64,000 bases of DNA, from assembly GCA_951406725.2 (NCBI GenBank), contig OX597822.1, positions 66,464,001 to 66,528,000 on the forward strand. The letters run 5' to 3'. The notes beneath the pieces are model-generated. The model was given only the letters and a program-made list of their open reading frames with translations, had not been told where the DNA came from and did not search any database. The DNA comes from Octopus vulgaris (lineage: Eukaryota). Below are positions 27,071 to 38,559 of the stretch, piece after piece (the stretch's first letter is position 1; the number at the start of each line of letters is the position of its first letter). Made by a program: the position numbers and the translations under genes.

Positions 27071-28538
27071 TACATATACTCAGCATATCTCATGATAAGT
27101 ATATGCTAAGTATACGACAATATCCCATTAATAGTTACTATCTTAAGGACCAGAAGATGTTTCACCCCAAAAAGCTGCAGATATTCTACAAGGCTCGAGT
27201 GAGATATAATGGAACACCGCTCGCACTCTGGGACGGTACTGGACTATATATATGCTTCCTCTTTAGGACTGCATCGTAAAAAGAACAACAAGATTGCTGT
27301 TTTCAGCACTCATACGCTCCAGACTCTAACCTACAGGATGCGTTGTCTGCCCTGTTTATCTTTACTGTTATATCTATCATAATCTTTTCTTCTCAGGTGT
27401 GTCTAGTCTCGTACGTCTATTCACGTATCGGTACACTTGGTGTGTCAATTGCATTCATAGTCAATTTGTTTTCTTTTAACATTTTAACACGACACGATGT
27501 TTTTATTGCCTCTTTCCACATCATTCAATGTTTCCTCTTTGATTCTAGCGACATCAAGCGGGTTAGCATCAAGCAGGTAAAAGGTGTTTTTTTATATAGC
27601 GGATGAACACTTAAAATTTGGTGCCGAAAATAAATTAGTAAGTAAATCACTGCTAATAATGTCACATTAAATCATATCTTGAGATTAAAAATTACGGAAT
27701 TTGCATCCAGCAAGGTTGAACTTGTAATATAGAAGAGAGAGGTTTTTCAACCGTGAACGGCATCTCCACATTATCATTCCAGTAGTAGTAGTAGTAGTAG
27801 TAGTTGTAGTAGTAGTAGTAGTAGTAGTAGTAGCAGTAGTAGTAGTAGTTGTTGTTGTTGTTGTAGTAGGCTGATGGCTAACATAATAGCTTTAGCCGGT
27901 TTTGCCAGTCACCCTTCCAGATCTAGCAATCGTATTACATCTAGTGGAGTTTACTAACTTGGTCTCCCTTCTTTACTGTATTGTCTTGTGTTTATATATC
28001 ATAATCATTTATTTTTAATATCTGCAGTGATTTGGATAATGGTGATGATGTTAGATGAATTTAGTACCAATAAGGTTGAGGAGAGTGAAATATGACAAGG
28101 ATAATTACGTTAGTTGGAGATGAATAGAGGGTGACAAGTATTTGTGTCGCTGGGTGGTGTAGCTTGTGGTGGGTGCTTACCGGGAAAAAGTGAAAAAAAA
28201 GATGAACATGCGTACAATTATATTTTAATGCGTGGGCGATGAATAACCGAAACAAAAGTTTTGAGATGACGAAAAGGAAGAAGATGCAAGAAGGCGAGGG
28301 TAATGGCAGAGGCTGCGAAGCAGAGGAGAGGGGCACAAATAATAGGAACAAAGGAGGCGGGGGGGGGGGGTGAATGATGAAGGCAACTGGAGTGAAGAGG
28401 GGAAAACACATTTAAGAGATGGGGAACGTGGGATAAGTGGGAAAACATATTCCCATCAAGATTGATAAATCAACACAGTGATGAAAGTGTAATGTTGTAA
28501 GGGTTTAGGGAACCAAACTGTAAACAACTGATAATAAA

Positions 28539-28585
<47 letters not shown>

Positions 28586-29336
28586 TAATAATAATAATAA
28601 TAATAATAACAGCAACAACATCAATAATAATAATAATAATAATAACAGCAACAACATCAATAATAATAACAACAACAATAATAATAATGATGATGATGAT
28701 AATAATGACAACAACACATTATAAGAATAATAACGATAAAGAGTAGGTTAGTGGGTGAAAATTTTGAAGGTAGTCTGTGTTGTTGGAAAAAAGAATGCCA
28801 AGAGAATGTTTTTGTTATAATTTGGAGAAGCATTTCATTTAGAGACCCAGATTTTGTGTCCCTTTTAATCGGTAACAAACACGAGACACAACGACTACGG
28901 CTGGCTTTTGCAAAGATATCGCAAGAAAAATAAACGAAAAATCAAAATGTGTTATAATACAAACGCATGACGGAAGGTTGGTGGGTAGGTTTCACGCCGA
29001 ATGATATAAATATATCTGACTCCTTCTCTCTCTGTCTCTCTCTCACACACTCTCTCTCTCCGTCGGCCTGTCTGTCTCTCTCACTCTCTCCATACTTCTT
29101 TCTCTCTCTCTGTCCGTCCGGCTGTCTGCCTGGCTCTTTCTCTCTCTCAAATGTAATCTATCTATATATCTATCTGTCTGTTTGTATGCCTGTTTATCTA
29201 TATGTCTGTCTGTTAGTATATCTAGCTAGCTAGCTAGCTGTAAATCAATATATATATATGTATATTTGTATATAGAAATATATCTGTAAATATATACATG
29301 TACACACACACATACATACTCACACACACACACACA

Positions 29337-29408
<72 letters not shown>

Positions 29409-30130
29409 AATATACGCATACATATATGGGTACAGGACCTCACGAAAGCAAATGAGTTCAATAGGCAAACAACGAGATAAACAAATGGAAAACAGCACAA
29501 GTTATATAAAGAACGATCCTTTGTCTGCTCTTGGCTATCTCTCTACTCCTCATTCCGAGTATGTAAAAAAATTATGAATTCTTTATTTTTAATGCCTTAT
29601 AGAAACATGGCATTTCGTTACGCAAGCATAATATACTACAAAATATATTAAACATCTTTATAAGTTAACACCGTGTACTACTGTGTTAGCAGATCTCTTG
29701 TTAAGCGCATCGCTACAGATTTTCTAAAGAAATTATGGCCAGGGCTGACTTTATTTCTAACTGAGATGCCAGATGTAAGCAATGAATGAAATCGAAGATA
29801 AAAAATGGACAATTTTCACGTTCATGTATCTGTTTGCAAGATACTTGATGTGAAGACGTATGTTAAAACATAAACTGTTATATTTGGGGATGGTTATGCT
29901 TATTCTTACCAAGAAGACGCGACGGATGGAAAATCGCTGAAGTGGTCACATATTTTGTGACGGAAGATTTTTTGACGAAGAACATAAAATAAGAACAATA
30001 ATAAATGGTAAGTGAAGAACAAATATACAGAGCACGTTTTTATTTGGTAAGAAAAAGATAACCATCCCGAAATATAGTAATATACGGAATTTTTAATTAC
30101 TTTGTATTACTGCAGGAAAACCAGTAATAC

Positions 30131-30175
30131 CGTACGTTGACAAGAGGCAAATACCTCGAAACTGCAGTCCGTGCG
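30131..30175 (+). ncRNA. Minimal type I hammerhead ribozyme, U3-A8 variant (copy 1)
   Basis: Helix I CGUACG/CGUGCG, core UUGACAA, helix II GAGG-CAAAUA-CCUC, GAAA, helix III in palindrome ACUGCAGU, GUC cleavage triplet ending at 30169. Confidence 0.85.
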
Positions 30176-30487
30176 TATCACTTAGGTTTACGAGAGAGAG
30201 ATGACCTCCCTCTGCAAATATCATAAGGACACAGAAAGTGTGCCTAAAGCCAGCTGGAGACGATGATCTCCTGTGGCTAAAAGCTACAGTAACACCCACC
30301 CTTAGTGGTTAGCCATATTGAGATGGCTAGAGTGTTTTACGTTGTCGAGCGGTTACTGTTTACATCTCATTCAGAGATTTATTATTGCTTGCAGACAATT
30401 TTTCGAAATCAGTGACAGTAGTTACTGGGAAAAACATTCAATAGATATTTGCAAACAGGTCTCTCTTCATCGAAAACCGGTGATTAC

Positions 30488-30532
30488 CGTACGTTGACAA
30501 GAGGCAAATACCTCGAAACTGCAGTCCGTGCG
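30488..30532 (+). ncRNA. Minimal type I hammerhead ribozyme, U3-A8 variant (copy 2)
   Basis: Identical to copy 1; GUC ends at 30526. Confidence 0.85.
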
Positions 30533-31254
30533 TATCACTTAGGTTTACGAGAGAGGGATGACCTCCCTTTTGCAAATATCATAAGGACACAGAAAGTGTG
30601 CCTAAAGCCAGCTAGAGACGATGATCTCCTGGGGCTAAAAGCTACAGTAACACCCACCCTTAGTGGTTAACCATATTGAGATGGCTAGTATACTTTACGC
30701 AGTAATATATTATTATATTAAAACGAATGAAAGATACAAATGCATGGTATTCATGTCCTCACTTCTGCTATACAGTCAAAGACATCAAATTTAATTACTG
30801 ATAATGATGTTTTAGAGTCGATGAAAATGAAAATACCCTGTCTTCATTATATACTCATCATTTAGCGTACAGAAAATCAATTAGTTGAGAGATAAGCTAT
30901 TTTCATTAGCTAGTAGTTGGAAATATTTCAATTAATATCGAAGCAAATGTCTAAGATATTTTATCAATTCCCCTTCAAAGTTGAAAGAACCTGCCTTTGA
31001 TGTAATATTCCCAAGAAAGATAAAGGGAACACCTTTTCTATCAGTTTCTTAGGAAACCTCTATATTGGACTCCAAACGAATTTATAAATATTAATATTAT
31101 CATTGTTGAAATTCATGGTTTTTTGACAGCAAGATGGTGACTAGCTAACTATGTATTTTTTGCGTGAGTTTATTTTTTAGGAGTTTTCATTTAAATCTGA
31201 ATAGATTTAGTTTTAAAATAATTTGTAGCTTCATAATATATTGCTCGACTAAAC

Positions 31255-31301
<47 letters not shown>

Positions 31302-31334
31302 TGCATATATAGCAGAGAAAAACAACACGGGCTT

Positions 31335-31579
31335 TAATTCTGCGACGATTTCATCTCAATCGAAGGAGAGGGGCTTTCTCCGTCCGGGTTGCGGATCCGT
31401 GGAATAAGCTGCCGGACGAGGTAGTGAAGATGCCGACGACCGCTCGGTTCAAAGTTTCTCTTGACCGGAAATGGCCTGAACTCTTTGCATGGACACCCTC
31501 CCTGTACATAACTTCATGTCCCCCTACATGGCTTTGATTTTTGCTTTTTGAGCCAAAAAATTAACTTAGCTTAACTTAA
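31335..31579 (+). mobile_element. CR1-like LINE 3' end
   Basis: RRFHLNRRRGAFSVRVADPWNKLPDEVVKMPTTARFKVSLD (~FFSNRVVN.WNSLP..VV.A.S...FK..LD), short 3' UTR, terminal (TTAAC)n-like tail. Confidence 0.8.
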
Positions 31580-32158
31580 ATGTCCTCCGCGACGAATGCA
31601 TCTGCTACATATGATTCTGTAGTCGGTGATGAAATGCTGTCGCACAATAAATACAATGCAGAAATGCACCTTATAAGCCGAGCATACATACTGAAGGCCG
31701 AACGATATATATGTGTGTGTATGTGTGTATGTGTGTCTGTGTCTGTGTCTTTGTGTGTCTTTGTCTAATTGTCAGTATGCATGTATACAATTATGCGCTT
31801 TGACTACAACTTTAGAGCGATTTATCTATTATCTCTAGCATTGTAGGTGTTCAAACACTTTTCCGTCATATTTCATGGCAGTTATAGTTTTCCTTTTTGG
31901 AAACACATTGCTAAAACGCTGACCTACTTTATATATATAAGTAAATAAATGGTACAACGAAGTACCGATATTTACTGGAAGATAGCAATAGCAATCGTAA
32001 TAAATACGACTGCGTATATACTAGCAAAGACGTGTGTGCAACAAACATGAAAAAAATTTGTCTTACCTCTAGAAAGAACATCTGAAAAATGAAAAACCTA
32101 GAAACGGATAATGCTATTTTCCAGTAAATATCGGTACTTCGTTGTACCATTTATTTAC

Positions 32159-32822
32159 GTTTGCTCGTGCGGCAAACGGCAGTCGAAACAGTTCTCATGC
32201 TTCAAACAGCTTACAAGGAACCTGCCACGAGCAAAATACAAGTTTCTAAGTTTAGGAATGGCCACTTGTCGCTTGATGACCAATCTCATTCAGGGAGACC
32301 GTCCACCTCCCGAACGAATGAAAACATCATGAAAATTTATGAACTAATCGTGGAGAACTGTTGCCGAACAACTGACGAACTTGTTGATATGACTTGTGTG
32401 TTCTGGAGCTGCTGCCAACGAATTTTGATCTAGAAATTGCGAATGAAAAGTGTTGCAGCAAAAAATTTGTGCTTCGCTTACTCATGGAAGATCAAGAGTA
32501 GTCACGATTGAACGCAAGTCGTTTACTGAAAGAACGGTTGGAAGTTGATCCGCAGGTGGTTTTGAAGGTCATCACTGTTGTCGAAACATGGTGCTAGGGA
32601 ATTTTCGGATGTGGAAGAGGCGAAGAATAAACGACAATGGCGTTGAAAGGCATCACTTCACAAGAGTTCCAGCACTGCTTTGAACAGTGGAAAACGCGTC
32701 TGGACCGATGCATTGCTTCAAATGGAGAATACTTTGAATTTGATAAACGTGTAAATATGTAAAATCTAAATGAATAAAATAATATTGCAAAATTCCGGTT
32801 TCTTTTGGGTACCCCCGTTTTA
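32159..32822 (+). mobile_element. Internally deleted mariner transposon
   Basis: TAVETVLMLQTAYKE..FRNGHLSLDDQSHSGRPSTSRTNENI (mariner HTH region), later FQHCFEQWKTRLDRCIASNGEYFE, then TIR AAATTCCGGTTTCTTTTGGGTACCCCCG. Confidence 0.85.
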
Positions 32823-32857
32823 TACACACACACATACACACGCAAGAGAATCTGCTA

Positions 32858-33070
32858 TACTCTTTTACTCTCTTACTTGTTTCAGTCATTTTGACTGTGA
32901 CCATGCTGGAGCACCGCCTTTTAGTCGAGCAAATCGACCCCAGGACTTATTCGTTGTAAGCCTAATACTTATTCTGTCTTTTGCCGAACCGCTAAGTTAC
33001 AGGGACGTAAACACACCAGCATCGGTTGTCAAGCGATGTTGGGGGGACAAACACAGACATACAAACATAT

Positions 33071-33146
<76 letters not shown>

Positions 33147-33308
33147 GACGGGCTTCTTTTAGTTTCCGTCTACCAAATCCACTCACAAGGCTTTGATCGG
33201 CCCGAGGCTATAATAAAAGACACTTGTCCAAGGTGCCACACAGTGGGACTGAACCCGAAACTGTGGTTCGTTAGTAAGTTACTTATCAGACAGTCACTCC
33301 TACGCCTA
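32858..33308 (-). mobile_element. SINE family A
   Basis: Full head-microsatellite-tail match to 14526-14948 in reverse. Confidence 0.85.
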
Positions 33309-34089
33309 TGTATATATAAAATCAATACCAAAGCCCTAGGTCTGATAACTGATATATTTTAATCATGTGATGGTGATAATGATGATGACAATACCTAATA
33401 CATAATTAAACTTCGATGTATTTCTCCATGATTACTCTACTTTAAATTGAAAAGAATAACACCACCAACAGAACTAATATATCCTAATATCGTTAAAGCA
33501 GACGCGACGATGGCGGGCAATTACTAATATTGTCAGCCACCATAATATACGAAATGCCTTTGCGCTCATACAATATTGGTCAATTGAAATAAACTCTCTT
33601 TAAATAATGATTCCAACGCTAAACCTGACAATATTGGACTCATTAGGTGTCATGGTAATAGAGAATTAGTAACGAAATGGCTATTCTAACCATGTGTGGA
33701 ATACTAAACTATCAACTATTGATTTATAAGTTTAAATTAATTATAGATGTGCTCCATATAGAAGTTCATAAATAGCTAATAAATTTCCTTGTGACGCAGT
33801 AGCATAGTACTAGAGGGACTGCTTCTTCTCTACCTTCGTTTTTAAGCTGCAAACTCTGGTCGTAAATCCATTAAGTCCATTACTAATATATCTCTAATCT
33901 TCTTGAGTGAATTAACTTACGAAATTTGAAAAAGATTTTATCAATCCACACTGTACAAATCAGTAACAACATATGCATCACTATTTTGCTCTGGACTGAA
34001 GGAGAAATAATATACGAAGATATAGATTTCGAATCTCTTCTCAGATGATATATGAATTGAAGCGAAATTGAAGTGAAATAAACTGATTT

Positions 34090-34600
34090 CAGCTCACGAG
34101 TGTTGCTACAAATTTTTTACTTTACGAATTGTTTTTAGAACTTTGACATTTAGTGCATGAGGGGGTCCACGCCGCTGCCCTCATTTGCACTTCCTGATAT
34201 GATGTTGGTTCATCTGAGACACTTGACAGTAAGAGATCTAATTTTGTTTTGAAGACATCTGCATCCACCCCGTGTAGATCTCTGAGTTCCTTTGGGAGGA
34301 GTCTGAAGAGGTACTTGCCTTTAAAGCCCAAGTTACTGCAATATCTCGTCCTATATCTTGATGGCATAGTTGGAAACTTTGACGCTATTCAGTGGCGCCC
34401 TGTTCTAGCGACAATGTAACTCTCAATGCCAAAGATCTTCCACCTAATGTTCCAGGGATTATTTTCTTATATCCTGAGTTTTTTTTCCAGTAGCTTATAT
34501 ACTGTATAGAGGTATCTTCTCCTTGTAACTTTATTGGATTGCCTCAAGTTCAGCAATTAATTTCAAACTGGTTGGTGACCATAGCTGGGGGACAATAACC
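34090..34600 (-). mobile_element. CR1/L2-group LINE 3' fragment
   Basis: PSRYRTRYCSNLGFKG..LFRLLPKELRDLHGVDADVFKTKLDLLLSSVSDEP, the typical 'GP.LFN.LP..LR....FK..LD..L...PDEP' C-terminus. Confidence 0.7.
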
Positions 34601-34615
34601 AAAGAAGCTTAGGAA

Positions 34616-34670
<55 letters not shown>

Positions 34671-34671
34671 A

Positions 34672-35040
34672 ACGAAAAAACTACAGGAGGCTTGTGTTAT
34701 AAGGTTAAAGAATATATTTAAGTCGTTATGTTAGAAAAATATTATGAAATTTTGTGTATAGTAACATAGTTTTTGGAGAAATAACCAGTTTCGTATAGTT
34801 TTTCAAATTTCTCAGATTTCTTTAACTACACCGTGCCATGTCTTCGCATGGACTACATCGTGCTTCACTTCATGCGAAGACATGACACGATGTAGGTAAA
34901 GAAATTTGCAAAGACTATACGAAACCGGTTATTTCTACAAAAACTATGTTACTATACACAAAATTTCATAATATTTTTCTAACATAACGACCTAAATATA
35001 TTTTTTAACCTTTTAACACAAACCATCTGTAGTTTTTTCA
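34672..35040. repeat. Long imperfect palindrome (~170 bp arms)
   Basis: AAAAAACTACAG...TAGAAAAATATTATGAAATTTTGTGTATAGTAACATAGTTTTT...CATGTCTTCGCATG mirrors CATGCGAAGACATG...AAAAACTATGTTACTATACACAAAATTTCATAATATTTTTCTA...CTGTAGTTTTTTC. Confidence 0.9.
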
Positions 35041-35121
35041 CTCTTATTCATTTTTCCTACATCCAACCACGTGCTTTCACACACCAACTCTCTCACCTAT
35101 ATACATATATATATATTTATT

Positions 35122-35345
35122 ATTTTACTTGTTTCAGCCATCTGACTGCGGCTGTGCTGGAGTACCATTTCGAAGGGTTTTAAGCGAACAATTCGATCCC
35201 AGAACGTCCTTGTTAAGCCTAGTACTTATTCTATCTGTCTCATTTGTCGAACATCTAAGTTATGGGGACGTAAACATCGCTTGTCAAGCAATGACGTGGG
35301 AGACAGACAAACAGACAAAAAGATACACACTCATAGATACACACA
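35122..35345 (-). mobile_element. SINE family A, 3' half
   Basis: TTTTACTTGTTTCAGCCA..GCTGGAGTACC..AAGCCTAGTACTTATTCTATC..CTAAGTTATGGGGACG. Confidence 0.7.
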
Positions 35346-35965
35346 CACACACACACACACGTACAAATAAAGAATATGAGGGCTTTAGTTCATTTGAGAT
35401 CTAAATGAATATGTACGCTGAGTAAGGATTATACTTGGTCGACCAATAGGTTCCAAGATCACAGCTAAGGCTGGATCTAGGGATTCGTATTAGGGTTCCA
35501 TTATAACAGGTGTATATTATATCAGAGGAAAAATTAAAACCAAGACAGAACGAGTATTTCTAATCATTTTGAATAATTTAATTAGGGTATTGTGAATTTG
35601 GTGTCTTGTAGCCATTTCTGGGATAACTCAAGCGGGAGATTAGTTTGTCCACGCACTGAGTATTCTGTCATGCGGGACAAGGTATGAATATTTTTACAAG
35701 GAATAACATTTACAGTTTATAAGGAATAAAATAGAAGAATAAAGAGTAAGAATATAGGCCAAGATAATAATGTTCACAACTGATGTTTCCTCAGAAGATA
35801 TGATTGTTGGTCGGTATTTCCATGAAGGTATAGGTCCTTAGTTGAAATCCTTGGTAAATCCAGGCGATCTTGAAATAAACCAGAGAGAAGAGGAGCCACA
35901 AAGATCAGACTCGCTGAAGAGGCCAAGGATGTGTAACAAAAGAACTCTGACAAATCTACTACACT

Positions 35966-36017
<52 letters not shown>

Positions 36018-36115
36018 GCTGCTGCTGCTACTGCTGCTGCTGCTACTGCTGCTGCTGCTACCACTACTACTACTACTATTACTACTACCACCACCACCAC
36101 CACTACTACTAATAC

Positions 36116-36182
<67 letters not shown>

Positions 36183-36310
36183 TGGCCAAAAACGGCTTGG
36201 ATTTAACTAGGATTTTATCTCAGGAATTGTGCGTTCATGGAAGTACTCACCACCATCCATATCTTCTGGAAAATCTTCTTTTTATTCGTTTATTCTTATA
36301 TATATATATA

Positions 36311-36478
36311 TCGTGTGACAAGATGCTTGCTTCCCAAACACGTCGTTCCATGCTTAGTTCTACCATGTATCACCTTTAATTCCTCTTATAGCCTCAAGCA
36401 GACCAAAGCCTTCTGAGTGGATTTGGCAGATGGAGCCTGAAAGAAGCCCATCGTATATATATGCGTATATATATATGC

Positions 36479-36545
<67 letters not shown>

Positions 36546-36930
36546 GAATTTACAAAAAAGCAAAAGACAAATACGGATGTGTAAACAACAGACAAATGTA
36601 TTAGTTTTGCGCTCGAGAAGTGAGAAAGCCTTTTTACGTTTCGAGCCTATGCTCTTCGCCAAAAAGAAACAGAGAAACAAACGGAGAGAGAAAATAGAAT
36701 AAGGTATAGTGGCTAGCGATTTATCATTGCGAATATATATACGTATGTATGTATTATGGGTGTGTGTCTATATACCTGTGTCTGTGTCTCTATTTACTCC
36801 ACCACCACTTGATAACCGATGGAATATGTATGAGGCTTTAAAAATGTACTGGAGTTAATTCATTCGACTAAAAATTCGTCATAGCAATAACCTAGTACGG
36901 CCGCAGTCACATGACCGACACAAGTATAAA
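36311..36930 (+). mobile_element. SINE family A interrupted by a Penelope-like fragment
   Basis: Head/body 36311-36455, (TA)n, foreign segment 36541-36735, then the SINE tail ending CGGCCGCAGTCACATGACCGACACAAGTA. Confidence 0.7.
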
Positions 36931-38061
36931 GATACACAAGAAAGATTAAGAGATTTGTAAAATAATTTAATCCTGATTTAGAAATAAGACCAAATGAGAG
37001 TATATGATGATAGATGAGATCGGATAATTAATCGCTGGACTATTGTTAAGTAATCACAACTACTACTTCTTCACAAGTCATGTTCACCCTATGTATGTAG
37101 TATGCTGTAACCTCTTCTCCATCGCTCATCGCTCTAAACGTCCCTCACAGATCAGTATTATACTCTGTAAATGTCGGAGGTGAGTTCTCATAGAAAGCAA
37201 TTCCGAACGTACCAAAAAAATTACAAATATGTGATGTGTATGATTATAACGCCATCACTAATAAACATTGTCGATCTGATTAGATCTAGTCCGAAGTAAT
37301 AACAGCAACACCAACAAAAAGAATTAAATGATTAATAAAATACACACCCTTTACAAGGAAACGGAATTTGGAGACAATATATTAATATTTCGGCTATAAT
37401 AATTACCATTGTCAATATCAACAACGTCAACAACATAACAGTAGTCTTTAAGATATGTACAATATCAAATACAAAGAATAATAAGAAGGAAGGATAACAG
37501 CCAAAGAATAACAAGAAGTATAATAGTTAACCATGACAGTATACCATAAATGTAAAATAAAGAATGATAAACAAATGAAAGAAAAAACAACGATACAACT
37601 AGAACAAATTGAGAGGAGATCAACAACAACGGCGGCAAAATAGCAATATCTTCCTTCAAAATAATACTGTCATGAATAAGAGAAATATAAAAATCAGATA
37701 ACAAAAATTATAATTAGGTGTCTAATCGAATCAGGGAGAGCAATGTAAATAGACATGAATAAGTTACAAAAAAAAAACTGCAGTGTGGGTGTGGATGTGT
37801 CGTTTTAAGGAATTGACTAAATGCGAAATGACACAGAATGGTTCGACTTCAATAAGTGTTGCGACTTGTGTGTATGTGCGTGTGCGTGTGTGTGAGTGGG
37901 CGCTTGCGTTTGTGCGCGGTGTAGGCGTGAGTGTTTGTGCGTGTGTGTGAATGTGTGTGTGGAAAATCTAGGCTGGATCGTATACAATTCGGTTAATATA
38001 AATAATATAGTCCATTATTCCATGGACAGTAATAATGATGAGGGCAGTAATAATAATGGTA

Positions 38062-38495
38062 TTTTCCTTTATAACTACAAGGCCTGAAATTTTTTGCGGG
38101 GTAGACTAGTCGATTACATCGACCCCAGTGCGTAACTGGTACTTAATGTATCGATCCCGAAAAATTGAAAAGCAAAGTCGACCCCGGTGGAATTTGAACT
38201 CAGAACATTGCAAATGTGAAACAGCGCTAACCATTCTGCCCGACGTGCTAACGATTTTGGCAGGTCGCTTCCTTCGGATGATAATAAAGAGAATGATTTC
38301 AAATTTTGGCACAAGGCCAGTGAAATCGGGGAAGGCAGAAGCCAGTTGCATCGATTCCAGTGTTCAACTGGTACTTGTTTTATCGACACCCCAAAGTTAA
38401 AGGGTAAAGTCAACCACGGCGGATTTTGAACTCCGACGGATGAAATGACGCCAAGCATTTTGCCCGGCGTGCTAACTATTCTGCCAGCTCGCAGC
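38062..38495 (-). mobile_element. Two SINE family B copies
   Basis: GTCGATTACATCGACCCCAGTGCGTAACTGGTAC..GGAATTTGAACTCAG, and a second copy ending TCTGCCAGCTCGC. Confidence 0.75.
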
Positions 38496-38559
38496 GTTAC
38501 ATAATTATAATGATGGTAACAATGATTATAATGATGATGATGGTAACAATATGGACGAT

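Larger units (their letters stand above)
30116..30699 (+). repeat. ~220 bp direct repeat pair (period 357 bp), retrozyme/Penelope pLTR-like
   Basis: 30116-30341 and 30472-30699 are near-identical with only a handful of substitutions, separated by a unique ~130 bp spacer. Confidence 0.95.

Noticed and set aside
30200-30260. SECIS element or twister ribozyme in the 357-nt unit
   Set aside because: ATGA..AAA is present but no pairing 3' strand with the GA quartet; twister consensus nucleotides not found.
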